Shown here one piece after another: positions 45,619-56,060 of a stretch of 64,000 bases of DNA. The first letter of the stretch is position 1. Each line of letters begins with the position of its first letter. The stretch is from the NCBI GenBank assembly GCA_963820555.1, contig CAWGAT010000044.1, positions 45,638 to 109,637 of the forward strand. The letters are read 5' to 3'. A program made the position numbers and the translations under genes. The notes below the pieces were generated by a model, which did no database searches, was not told the DNA's origin, and worked only from the letters and a program-made list of their open reading frames with translations. The DNA is from Candidatus Bathyarchaeota archaeon (GTDB taxonomy: Archaea > Thermoproteota > Bathyarchaeia > TCS64).

Positions 45619-46826
45619 TTAATATCTTAGCTTTGTAGGGCAGTATTCTCTCGTCCATTCGATCGTGAGTAGCCCTCCCAATTCATCTGTAAGATGTCCA
45701 ACAAGCACTTCGAGATCATTTATCCGCCGTAGTAAGTCACCAGTCTGTTGTACCGACTCTTCCATCTGGTACTTCGCGTATTTGTCTAGGGTGTCCTGAT
45801 TGGTTTTGAGCTGTGTCTCAAACTCGACGTTCTTGAGGACGAGGTGCTTTAAGATCATGTCAGTCTCAGTAGTCTGTTTCTGGACTTGTTCCTTCAATTC
45901 GATTATGTTCTTGGATTGTTCAAAGATCGAAAGATTAGCTTCGCACTTCAGGTATTCAGCTTCCAAAATGGGGATGGCAGTATCAAGTCTAGAGTAAACC
46001 GCAGAGACACCACTAGAATGACCCAGAAGACACTCAGCGCAATCCGGATTGCTCCAACGGCCATACGTACGGAAGAACTTGCGTAGATTGTGAACTCTCA
46101 GCATCAGCCTATGCCTATTATTTCCGAGATCATTACGTTTATCGAGTCCAACTTTTGCGCAAGCCCTAGACCAGACTTCCTCATAATTGTTTTCCGAAAA
46201 TGGGAAGATGCGGTCATCGTCTGGGAAGTGCTTGTTTCTGTATGTAAGCCATTCCAGTAGGACATTCTTAGCCTCACTGCTGATGAAAGTGATTCTCTTC
46301 TTCTTCGTCTTGGTATTTGCCGCTTTAAGATTGATGCGCACCGGATTCCTGTCCACGTCGATCTCTGAGACTTTTAGAGACAAAGCCTCACCTACACGCA
46401 TCCCGCTTGAGCTTAGTATCAGAGTCAGAGTCCTAGCGTTGAGGGGCATATACTCGATGAGTCTAGCTATGTCAGCGTTCGAAGGGATGTATTCCTCGCA
46501 GATGGCTTCGCTTCCTTTTTCCAGTTTGTAGAGCTGTCTATTGAATGAGTCATTAAGTTCAGCGTCTCCACAATCTTCTAAGAAGCGGATTACTGGGGCT
46601 ATGTAGCTTAGTTGGGATTTCTGCGCTAGATGTTTGAGGCTAAGTTTGTAACCTCTAGGTCGTCCTTGAATTTGCGCGTCCTCTCCTCTTTGGGTAAAGT
46701 TAACCGATCTGTGAAGTATTTTTGCGAGTCAGTATTATGTAGTTGTAAAAAGTTGTTAATTGTTCTTGTATAATTCCGCTTAGCACTAAGGCTAGTTTGT
46801 TTCTCGATAAATTTTGCATAGTCCAT
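45619..46826 (-). CDS. tyrosine recombinase/integrase, with a 1-nt frameshift near 46652
   Basis: Catalytic region GMRVGEAL, HNLRKFF, LLGHSSGVSAVYSRL. The N-terminal SAM-like part (MDYAKFIEKQTSLSAKRNYTRTINNFL) lies in ORF 46626-46826. The frames join if one G is restored in gag-g-gttac. Confidence 0.85.
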
Positions 46827-46930
46827 TTGATTCTCGTATTATAATGATCGGTCAAGCGTAGTTATATTTATCTACAATAGAATATTAATTTAAATCAATT
46901 TAGCGGCGTAGAGGGGTCTTAGAAAGGTGT

Positions 46931-47383
46931 TTAGACGAATACGCTCATGACGATGATGCCGCCGACGACCATTAGCATCCCGATCAGCTTCAGGGTGGTG
47001 AGGCCCTCCTTCAGGACGACATAGGCGAAGAGGGTTACGAGGATGGCGTTCCCGGCTTAGATCGCTGTCGCAGGGCCTGCGGGCCCGACCGCGACCGCCT
47101 TCTTAATGAAGAACATGCCCGCCGCGAGGCAGACCCCCGCGACCATCGAGACCGCGAGCAGGAGTGTCGAGGTCCCCGTGAGGTTTGTCGTGAAGAAGCC
47201 CGTCGAGTAGTAGTATGCGAAGAAGACTAGGCCGAAGATTCCGACGCTGAGCCAGAGTATCTGGGACGCGAAGATGCTGTCCATCTTCTCGTGTGCCGCG
47301 AACTTGAGGAGCGAGTTCGTGATGCCGAACATGGCCATGGTTCCGAGGGCGTAGCCCCACCAGGGTATAGAGCTGAGTTCCAT
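46931..47383 (-). pseudogene. small EamA/DMT-type membrane transporter interrupted by an in-frame TAA (47057-47059)
   Basis: In the same frame after the stop, 41 sense codons encode AGNAILVTLFAYVVLKEGLTTLKLIGMLMVVGGIIVMSVFV, a typical EamA C-terminus. Confidence 0.7.
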
Positions 47384-47576
47384 ATCCCTCAGGGACCAGG
47401 TCGCAGGTATATACACGATTCGGCGATGATGACTCTGATTCACTCGTCCACCAGATAATAAACGGGGAGCCCTCGACGCAGAAACTCAAGCAATTTCCCG
47501 GTGATCGGTGCCTCCGCTTGGGGCAAGGATTTAACTCTCCCCTACGTTGGTGAGATAATGGGCCGATTCGGAGCCG

Positions 47577-47843
47577 GTGATGTTTGTGGCGGGCAAGAAG
47601 CTTGAGCTGACGAAGGATGATCTCCTCTTCCTCGACACTCTCCACGGGTGTAGCTTCGACCATGTCTCCGAGGCAAACCTGAAAGTCAGGCTCCAAGAGC
47701 ACGGCATGGCTGAGTCCACATACAACGCCGTGAGGCGTAAGCTCCTCTTCGCCCGATTCATAGGCTCAGTCTACGGTAACCTAACCCTCGAGAAGAAGGA
47801 CTACCGGCCACTAGAAGCCGAGAGTGATGAAGAGACCGCCTAG
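47577..47843 (+). CDS. hypothetical protein
   Basis: 88-aa GC-rich ORF; its 3' end overlaps the convergent permease gene by 33 nt. Confidence 0.35.
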   Translation: MMFVAGKKLELTKDDLLFLDTLHGCSFDHVSEANLKVRLQEHGMAESTYNAVRRKLLFARFIGSVYGNLTLEKKDYRPLEAESDEETA

Positions 47844-49433
47844 AAGGCAGGTCACAACGGTCAACAGTATAGCCACCACGAGGTGTTTCCTCATTATTAT
47901 CGACTCGACCTCCTTCCCTGCGGCCACGGTCGCGACTGCGTTGTTGATCTTCGACGGGGTCACCGAGCTCGCGACGCCTCCGCCGACAGCGTGACCACCG
48001 TAGAGAGTCGTGAACTGCGTCGCACTGAGCCCAATCTTGTCGGCGGCGGTCTTCTGAATCTTGTAGAACAGGACGTTTGATGTGGTCTCGGAGCCTCCGA
48101 CGATGGCGCCGAGGAAGCCGAGGCTTGAGGAGACGTAAATGTAGGCGCCCCCGAAGATGAGAGCTAGCGTGTCGCCGAGCACCTGATTCATTGTCGAACC
48201 CGACATGACGAAGCTGACACCGAAGTAGACCATGATTGTAAGGACGGGCGCAGGGGTGCGCTTCAGCCAGAGGTCTGCCCCCTTCCTCAGCTGGTCACGC
48301 GTAGGCTTCAGGGTCGCTAGGCTGATGAATGTGGCGATGAATATCCAAGTGTAGATCTGGGAGAGGACGTCGAGGTCGACCCTCTGGGAGCCTACTGTGA
48401 TGACCTCAATTGAGCCAGGTGCCTTTGATAGGTAGTCTCCCACAGCGGGGAGGCTGACAATGGCAGCGAGGAGGGTGAGTATCACGAGGGGCGAGAAGGA
48501 GCGCCACACCTCGGCTCCTTTAACGTCGCCGCCCGGGACCGTTCCAGTGTTCTTCCCCTTTCTCAGGCGATCATAGACAGTTAGGGCAAACATCGTGATG
48601 AGCCCCGCTATCACACCGATGATGCGTACCGGGATCAGCTCATAGCCGAGGGCGTAGTCTACGCCGGCGCTGACGAGGCACCCGCCCGCGAGCGCGAGGC
48701 CACAGATGAGGCCGGGGACAAGGCCCTTTCTCATGGATTTTACTCCCCCGACGAGCCAGAGGATGGCGAAGGCGAAGCCCGTTGAGATGACGGGGAGGAA
48801 GACCGCTATCTTGAAGGCGAACTCTATAGTGTTTAGGCCGAAGAGCTGACTCGGGAGCGTGATCGGGATGCCGAGGAGGCTGAAGCTGGTCGTGGGGTCG
48901 TAGCCGAGGACGGCGACGCTTATGGCGGCGAGTTGGCTGAAGCCCATTGTGGCGAGGAGTGGCGGGAACAGCGCCGGCGTGACGACGCCGAGTGCGGATA
49001 AGAAGGAGCCGAAGCCCACACCGATGTAGAGAGCTTGCACCTCGCTCCCGGCGACCTGCTTCTTTATGACCGCTGAGATGGTCTCGAGGGCCCCGGCCGC
49101 CTGCATTATGTAGATGAGGAGCATGGTGGCGGCGACGGTGAAGGCGATGCCGAAGCTCTTGAGTACGCCGACGATGGTGGAGGCACCCGCGTCTAACGGC
49201 GTGTTACCGAAGTTGGAGACCGCCAACACTATAGCCAGGCCCCAGCCGACGAAGGCCATGTTGAGGCTGCCCTGGCGGAGGAAGGCGACGCCTATCAGGA
49301 CGACGAGGAGGGGGTAGAAAGCGAGGAGGAACTTGGCGGTGGGCCCCGTGGCGAGATAGGCTGTGGCGACCGCGAGCACCCCGACCACGGCGAGTATGGC
49401 AAGTGAGAGCTTCCTCACCCTCTTCTCATCCAT
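47811..49433 (-). CDS. L-lactate/glycolate permease (LctP family)-like transporter
   Basis: 540 aa, polytopic; overall N-terminal pattern resembles LctP-family proteins; assigned from memory of the family. Confidence 0.65.
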   Translation of the reverse strand: MDEKRVRKLSLAILAVVGVLAVATAYLATGPTAKFLLAFYPLLVVLIGVAFLRQGSLNMAFVGWGLAIVLAVSNFGNTPLDAGASTIVGVLKSFGIAFTVAATMLLIYIMQAAGALETISAVIKKQVAGSEVQALYIGVGFGSFLSALGVVTPALFPPLLATMGFSQLAAISVAVLGYDPTTSFSLLGIPITLPSQLFGLNTIEFAFKIAVFLPVISTGFAFAILWLVGGVKSMRKGLVPGLICGLALAGGCLVSAGVDYALGYELIPVRIIGVIAGLITMFALTVYDRLRKGKNTGTVPGGDVKGAEVWRSFSPLVILTLLAAIVSLPAVGDYLSKAPGSIEVITVGSQRVDLDVLSQIYTWIFIATFISLATLKPTRDQLRKGADLWLKRTPAPVLTIMVYFGVSFVMSGSTMNQVLGDTLALIFGGAYIYVSSSLGFLGAIVGGSETTSNVLFYKIQKTAADKIGLSATQFTTLYGGHAVGGGVASSVTPSKINNAVATVAAGKEVESIIMRKHLVVAILLTVVTCLLGGLFITLGF

Positions 49434-49489
49434 GGAAAAACACCCGAATATTCCAAAGGTGTATTATTTAGCTAGATAAGATTTGGCGC

Positions 49490-49906
49490 CTACGCTTTCT
49501 TCGCGGCTTCCCTTTCCAGCCGCCTGATGAGGCGCTTGAGCCTATCCTTGTCCTCCATAGTCGGCTTGAACTCAGTGGAGTGTTGGCAGACCGTGTCGTA
49601 GACGAACTTGTGGGTGTCAACGTCGTAGACGAGCGGGTAAATCCTGCAGCCTTCCGGGCGAGCCTCGTAGATGCTGCATCTCCCCTCTTTAAGGAAGAAG
49701 CAGAACCGGTTCACGTTCCTGATTCGGGTCTCCCCCTCAGCCTCGACGGTAAAGTCGGTACGACTGAAACCGAGCTTCTCGATTCTCCTCAGATCGTCCT
49801 CTGTGAGGGGCATCTCTGTTTCTAGGCAGCAGGCGACGCAGTGGTGGCTAAGGCATGGGGAACTATCAGATAACGCCCCAGTGGCCCCAGCGCTGCCCTT
49901 ACTCAT
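49490..49906 (-). CDS. YkgJ-family Cys-cluster (zinc/iron-chelating) protein
   Basis: CLSHHCVACCLE motif plus distal cysteines; 138 aa. Confidence 0.65.
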   Translation of the reverse strand: MSKGSAGATGALSDSSPCLSHHCVACCLETEMPLTEDDLRRIEKLGFSRTDFTVEAEGETRIRNVNRFCFFLKEGRCSIYEARPEGCRIYPLVYDVDTHKFVYDTVCQHSTEFKPTMEDKDRLKRLIRRLEREAAKKA

Positions 49907-50135
49907 ATAACTGACGACACCAGAGGAGACTCCGCCTCCCCCGTTATCAACTTGTGCTTAGTCCTCGTCGGCTTCTACGACGGTGTCCCCCACGAGATGG
50001 AGAAGAAGGCCCACACCTCTTCGACGGATAATACCGGAATAGCATCGGCTCCATAAGCCTCAACCACCTCAACCTCACACCCCAGGAGTCTACAGGAGGG
50101 AAGGCGAGCCCATGGCGCTGCTAGAAGAATAGTCC

Positions 50136-50927
50136 CTAACCAACATTCTCGGCGGTGACTAGGACCCACCTGTGGTCGAACTTGACCTTATCTCCGTCGA
50201 CCCTCAGATTGACGCCAGCGGTAATCCCCGTCTCTGCAAGGACCCGCATTACAACAAACAAGGGCCCTTCCCTCTCAGGCGCGTTTGCGATCTTGACCCA
50301 CTCTCCGAACTCCCTCTCGCTCACCCAATCCTTTTTATCAACCACTTTCAACCCACCCGAGTTCAGCAGCCCATCCAGCTCAGGCTCGGAGAGGGCCCTT
50401 ACATGGCTAGGATCACGGAGAGTCTCAAGCGCGTTGTGAAGCTTCGCGTCGGTCCACTTCTCTGATGTTACAATATCAGCGACAACTAGCAGCCCACCAT
50501 TCTTGGTGACGCGCGCCATCTCCTTCACGGCCATCGCGGGGGAAAGGAGGTGGTGGAGCATCAACCGCGTGACTACCACGTCGAAGTAGCCGTCAACGAA
50601 GGGGAGCTCCTCGGCTCGCCCAACCTCGAAGCGGACATTCCTTAGGCCGAGCTCTTCGCTCCTACTACTGGCTCTGGCGATCATCTCGGGTGTTAGGTCG
50701 AGGGCCAGGACCTCGTCGACGAGGGGGGCGATGGCGACGGTGAGTATGCCGGGGCCGCAGCCGACGTCGAGGACCCTGATCCTACAACCGTTGCGTAGGA
50801 CGGCGGCACTAATCCTCCCGATTATGTCTGCGTCGGTGAATATCTTTGCCTCCTGTATCGACCCCGACTGGCGCGTGAACTCTTCCTTGGTGATCTTATC
50901 GTGGTGGGCTCCGTCGTTGCTCCCCAT
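50136..50927 (-). CDS. class I SAM-dependent methyltransferase
   Basis: SAM-binding motif VLDVGCGPGILT and DVVVTRLMLHH. Confidence 0.85.
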   Translation of the reverse strand: MGSNDGAHHDKITKEEFTRQSGSIQEAKIFTDADIIGRISAAVLRNGCRIRVLDVGCGPGILTVAIAPLVDEVLALDLTPEMIARASSRSEELGLRNVRFEVGRAEELPFVDGYFDVVVTRLMLHHLLSPAMAVKEMARVTKNGGLLVVADIVTSEKWTDAKLHNALETLRDPSHVRALSEPELDGLLNSGGLKVVDKKDWVSEREFGEWVKIANAPEREGPLFVVMRVLAETGITAGVNLRVDGDKVKFDHRWVLVTAENVG

Positions 50928-51030
50928 TGATGATCCTCTCCTATCCTCTCCTCACCGATTATTTCAATCCCCCAGCGACGCTAGTCGAAACGGACACATT
51001 CATAACCCCAAAGACGCCTCTAACAACGAA

Positions 51031-51552
51031 ATGGAGAAGACCATCACCACCCGACTCCTCCACAAGGGCAGGAGCTTCAGCTTTAAGACTGACGAGGTCG
51101 AGCTACCGAGCGGCAAGAAGACGACTAGAGATATCATTGACCACCCGGGGGCAGTCGCTATCGTCCCTGTCCTCGACGATGGTCGAATCCTCCTAGTCAG
51201 GCAGTACCGTTATGCCACCGGCAAGGAGCTGCTGGAGATTCCTGCGGGCACTCTCGAGAAGGGCGAGACCCCAGACACGTGCGCTAGGAGGGAGCTGAAG
51301 GAGGAGACTGGCTACACCGCTGGCTCAATGAAGAAGATGATCTCCATGTACATGGCGCCCGGATACAGCAATGAGGTCATACACCTCTATCTCGCCACTG
51401 AGCTGAAGGCGGGGGAGCAGGGCACCGAGGAGGATGAGAGCATCACACTTGAGCCATATGGGCCAGACGAACTCTTAGGGATGATGGAGAAGAACGTGAT
51501 TGAGGACGCGAAGACAATCGCGGGCGTCCTCAGCTACCTCACTCGGGGCTAG
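51031..51552 (+). CDS. NUDIX hydrolase (ADP-ribose pyrophosphatase-like)
   Basis: Nudix box GTLEKGETPDTCARRELKEETG; start at MEKTITTR (ATG 51031) within the longer ORF 50731. Confidence 0.85.
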   Translation: MEKTITTRLLHKGRSFSFKTDEVELPSGKKTTRDIIDHPGAVAIVPVLDDGRILLVRQYRYATGKELLEIPAGTLEKGETPDTCARRELKEETGYTAGSMKKMISMYMAPGYSNEVIHLYLATELKAGEQGTEEDESITLEPYGPDELLGMMEKNVIEDAKTIAGVLSYLTRG

Positions 51553-52702
51553 GCTTGCTGAACGTCCTGTAGATGAGTAGCGTCACTCCGAGGAGGGCTA
51601 CAGCCACGACGGCGTTCGACCAGAAGGCGAAGACCACACCGTAGCCGTCCGTGAGCCACCCGAGCACCGCAGCGGCGACCGAGCCAAGGCCGAAGCTGAA
51701 GAAGAACATGACACCGTAGCTCAGCCCCATCAGATGTCTTGGGGTGACCCTGCTGACGAGGCTCGTCATCGAGGGCTGGTGGGCGAAGACCGCGACCCCG
51801 TAGATGAGCGTGAAGGCGATGACCACCGGGTAACTCGTGGGTATTAGAAGCAGAACTAACAGGCTCAGCAGCACTCCGACGACGGCGCTCAGAAGAATCT
51901 TCGTGGGCCCAACCTTATCCGAGCCCCTCCCGCCAATGAGCTGCCCCGCCACGCCGAAGAGGAGGATCAGTGAACTCCCAACAGCGGCGAACTCACCCGT
52001 GTACCCCTGCCCCAGTCTTAGGAACGTGGGGAAAAATACCTCGACACCCCTAAATACGAACCCGATTAGGGCGTTGAAGAGCAGGATCTGCCAGAAATGG
52101 GGTATCTTCAGGAACTCGCCCAGGGCGATCTTCCTACCACCCGTCGGGGCATCCTCCTCGATGATTATCCTGTCCATGAGGTACGCGGTCCCGATGCTGA
52201 GTAGGCCGAAGAAGATGAAGCTGGCACGCCAGTCGATGGCGACGCCGAGGAGAAAGGCGACGGTTGGGGTCAGGACCTGGCCTGCGTTCCCCGCGGCGTT
52301 ATGTATGCCCATTGCGCTCCCCACCTTGCTTGGGAACGCCTGGGCGATGAGCTTGTTAGCCGTTGGGTGGTAGAAGCTCGCCCAGAGAGCCATCAGGAAC
52401 ATCGCGGCCGCGAAGGTGTAGATCTCCCTGCAGATCAGGAAGAGGAGGCTTGAGACCCCAGCTAGGCCGATGCTTATCCTCGCGACCTTGACGCTCCCGA
52501 TCATGTCTGATAGCGGTCCACCCGCCAGCGCCCCGATACCGTATATGAAGTAGGTGGCGGTGGCGACGATGCCGAGAGTCTGGAAGCTGACCCCAAGGCC
52601 CTGGGCAATGTTCCCGAGGAGCGGCGGGAGAACGAGGAAGAGACTGTGGTTTAGAGAGTGGGCGGCGCCAAGGATACCGAAGGTCACGAGGTCCCTGTTC
52701 AT
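51539..52702 (-). CDS. MFS transporter
   Basis: 12-TM-like profile. Start placed at MNRDLVTFG (52702); the upstream part of the ORF is AT-rich and non-coding-like. Confidence 0.8.
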   Translation of the reverse strand: MNRDLVTFGILGAAHSLNHSLFLVLPPLLGNIAQGLGVSFQTLGIVATATYFIYGIGALAGGPLSDMIGSVKVARISIGLAGVSSLLFLICREIYTFAAAMFLMALWASFYHPTANKLIAQAFPSKVGSAMGIHNAAGNAGQVLTPTVAFLLGVAIDWRASFIFFGLLSIGTAYLMDRIIIEEDAPTGGRKIALGEFLKIPHFWQILLFNALIGFVFRGVEVFFPTFLRLGQGYTGEFAAVGSSLILLFGVAGQLIGGRGSDKVGPTKILLSAVVGVLLSLLVLLLIPTSYPVVIAFTLIYGVAVFAHQPSMTSLVSRVTPRHLMGLSYGVMFFFSFGLGSVAAAVLGWLTDGYGVVFAFWSNAVVAVALLGVTLLIYRTFSKPSPE

Positions 52703-53090
52703 GAGGACGGTAGCCGACCCGATCGGATAATAAACTTGCGGGAAACCAACAAATCTAGGCTCTCCGAATAAGCCGAAAAAAAATTTAGGGAATTTGGATT
52801 TACTCTGTTTTAGCATCCCCACAGATCTCCAAGAACACCTGTAAACAGAAACCGCTGAGATCCCCACAAACAACCCACCCAAAACATCTGGCTAGACCAA
52901 GACCCAACCACCCACACACCCCTGATCCGGGTCACACACACCTCAAGCAAGAAGCCCAAAACCCGAGGCGTAGAAAAACCCCCGTAGACTCCGCCGCATC
53001 CCCACTCAAGTAGTAACTAGTCAGCGTTCGGTGAGTGTGCGAATCGGAGCGTTTTTCGGGTCTCCCTTGTACCAGTAGCATAGTATAAGC

Positions 53091-53108
53091 AAAAAAAAAA
53101 AAAAAAAA
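53091..53108. repeat. poly(A) tract, 18 consecutive A residues
   Basis: Counted directly, in the divergent spacer between the MFS and M24 peptidase genes. Confidence 0.9.
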
Positions 53109-53351
53109 TGCGTGGGTTGCCGAAGAATGCTGGTAGGAGGCGTGAGTCTAGGCTGGGTGAATCGTGTTGTTGAGGCCTCTTTGAGTGCTTCTTCCGTCGA
53201 GGGTTTTGTTTGTGTGAATTATTATTGGTGGGCGTTTACCCAGAAAAAGAGGTTTCTCTCGAATCCCATTTTTGTAATTAACGAGTTTCGCAACATAAAG
53301 TGTCTCGTCGGGGAAAAGCCATATCCACCCCCTGCGACTCTACACAACCGA

Positions 53352-54490
53352 GTGAACCACTTGAACCAGGAGGAGTCGCTGGCGAGGAGGAGAAAAGAAC
53401 TCCTAAGGGAAGTTGAGCGCAGGGGATTCGAGACCATCGTCCTCCTAAACGAGGTGGTGAACCAGAACCCTGGCAACTTCGTCTACCTCTGCCCCGACGG
53501 CATAGGGGATGAGCATCAGAGCCTCGTCCTAGGCGTCAACGGGGACGTCACCCTTGTCTGCCCGCACTGGGGGGCGAAAGCAGCGGAGGAGAGCGGCAAG
53601 TACAGCAAGGTCGTCGCGGTGAGGCAGGAGAAGGGCCACCACATGAGGGGTACACAGGTCGCCCTCACTGGCTATAACCCAGACCGCGTCTGCTTCGACC
53701 TCAGCACCATGAGCAGCCAGTTCGCCTACGCCCTAGCCGACACCCTCCACATCAAGATCGACCCAAAGAGGGACCTCAGCGACCACATCTTCACAATGCG
53801 TAGCATCAAGGACGACTACGAGGTCTCCGAGATGAGGCGCGCAGTCAACATCACCGAGAACGCCGTCTACGAGCTCATCCAGGGCGCCATCCCCGGAGCC
53901 GACACATGGAAGCTCAAGAAGCGCCTCGACGCCCGCCTCATAGAGCTCGGCGCCCTCGACCACAGCTTCGACTCCACCCTCAGCTTCTGCAGGGGACCCA
54001 GGAGACCATTACGGCGTCGTGAAGCACCGTGACCTCCTCAGCATCGACGTGGGCGTCAGGGTTGAATCCGGTTACTGCAGCGACATGGGGCGAACCTGGC
54101 CCGTCACCCTCGACGCCGATGCCAAGGACTTCCTCGACCGCGTCGTCAAGGTCCAGAGGGAGGGCATCAAGCACATCCGCGAGGGCGTCTCAGGCAACGA
54201 GGTACTCCGATACGCCAACACCCTCCACGAGGAGATGGGTTTCGAGCCCACACCCCGCATGCGGCCACCAGATCGGGCTGGACGTCCACGATTACACTAT
54301 GCCTTTCGCCACAAACTTCGGCTCGATAGAGAACGACGCCCTCCCCCTTAAGGCGGGGATGACCCTCACATACGAGCCTATTCGGATCGACGCGAAGCTG
54401 GGGATGAGGAGCCACGTCGAGGACATAGTCCTAGTCACTAAAGGCGACCCCGTCGTCCTAAACCAGATGCCCTGGGACGTCGTCTTCTAG
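53352..54490 (+). CDS. M24-family Xaa-Pro aminopeptidase/creatinase-like peptidase (frameshifts near 53985 and 54253)
   Basis: Creatinase-like N-domain, then LLSIDVGVRVESGYCSDMGRTW and ACGHQIGLDVHD metal-ligand motifs spread over three frames. GTG start at 53352 or TTG at 53361. Confidence 0.8.
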
Positions 54491-54540
54491 CCGGTAAGGT
54501 TATCTCCCCCACCGCACCGCCTTATTGCAGGTGTATAACA

Positions 54541-55897
54541 TTGCCAGTCGACGTCGTCATAAAGAACGGCACACTAGTCCTCCCCTCCGGCCTCTGGGAG
54601 GGGAGCCTCGTCATAGACGAGGGCAAGATCATCGGCATCATGAAGTCGGGTGAGCCCAAGGCGGACAGGGTCATAGACGCGATTGGGAAGTACGTCCTCC
54701 CCGGCATGGTGGACATGCACGTCCACCTCAGGGACCCGGGCAACCCGGAGAGGGAGAACTTCGAGTCGGGCACACGCGCCGCGGCAGCCGGGGGCGTCAC
54801 CTCCGTGATGGATATGCCAAACACCGTCCCCGCGACGGTCACCGTCAAGGCCTTCGAGGAGAAGAAGGCGATAGCGTCGAAGAAGTCCCTCGTCGACTTC
54901 GGTCTCGTCGGGGGAGCCGGTGAGGTGCCGGAGGAGGAGCTCCGTGGCCTCGCGAAGGCGGGCGCGGTAGCCTTACAAGAGCTTCATGATAGCACGCTTC
55001 AAGGAGTTGGCCGCGGACGACTGGCAGCTAAGGAAGAACTTCGAGATAATCGCGGATGAGGGGCTCCCATGCCTGATCCACGCGGAGAACCAGGTGATCG
55101 TCGACAGGGGTACGGCCGAGGCGAAGAGGCTCGGGCGCGTCGACCCTATGGCGCACGGCGAGTTCCGCCCACCGATCGCTGAGGCTGAGGCCGCGAGCCG
55201 CGCCCTCATGTTCGCGGAGGAGGCGGGGATGCACCTCCACGTCTGCCACATAACGGCCGCGATGGTCGTAGACATCCTCGAGGAGGCGCAGATAAGGGGC
55301 GTCGACGCGACGGGTGAGACCTCCACCAACTACCTCCTGATGAACGAGGAGACGATGAAGGAGAGGGGCCCATACGCGAAGGTCGACCCGCCGCTCAGGA
55401 CGGAGGCGGACCAGGCCCGGCTCTGGGACGCGCTCAACGACGGCGTCATCGACGTGCTGGCCAGCGACCACGCCCCCTACACGAAGGAGGAGAAGGAGAA
55501 GGGTTGGAAGAACATCTTCGACGCCCCCAGCGGAGGCGTCGTAATCGAGACCACGCTCCCCCTGATGCTCAACGCGGTCAACGACGGGAGGATAGGGCTT
55601 GAGCGCCTCGTCGAGGTCTTCAGCACAAACCCGGCGATGATCGACGGCGTCTACCCGAAGAAGGGGGCGCTGAACATCGGCGCCGACGCAGATGTCGTCG
55701 TCGTGGACATGGAGAAGCCCTTCAAGATCAGGGGCGAGGACCTGAAGACGATCCAGAAGATCACCCCCTACGAGGGAATAGAGGGCGTCGGGGTGCCGGT
55801 GTTGACCATGCTACGCGGCTCCGTAATCTACGAGGACGGGCAGGTCATCGGTAAGCCGGGCAACGGCAAGTGGCTCCGCCCAATCGAGGAGTTCTAA
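54541..55897 (+). CDS. cyclic amidohydrolase (dihydroorotase/allantoinase/hydantoinase family), with a frameshift near 54973
   Basis: PGMVDMHVHLRDPG, KSFM, HAENQ, VCHIT and ASDHAP motifs. TTG start. An extra T at cc-t-tacaag. Confidence 0.85.
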
Positions 55898-56060
55898 CCC
55901 TCCCCAAACCTTTAGACGAATAAGCCCATTTTGCCGTTCTAAATGTGTGCTAATAGTGCACTTTTTACACATATCGGGGAGTGAATGGCGTTCTATAATG
56001 GCTCGTTTCGAGCAGAGGATTGTTATTTCAGGGTATTAGGGAGACCCCCTCTCCCCCTTT

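Noticed and set aside
47057-47059. In-frame TAA in the EamA-type gene as programmed recoding
   Set aside because: Selenocysteine and pyrrolysine use TGA and TAG respectively, and no recoding signal is evident. A nonsense mutation or a base error is more parsimonious.
52883-53110. The C/A-rich spacer as a known structured RNA (RNase P, SRP)
   Set aside because: None of the conserved motifs I can recall, such as GAGGAAAGUCC, is present.
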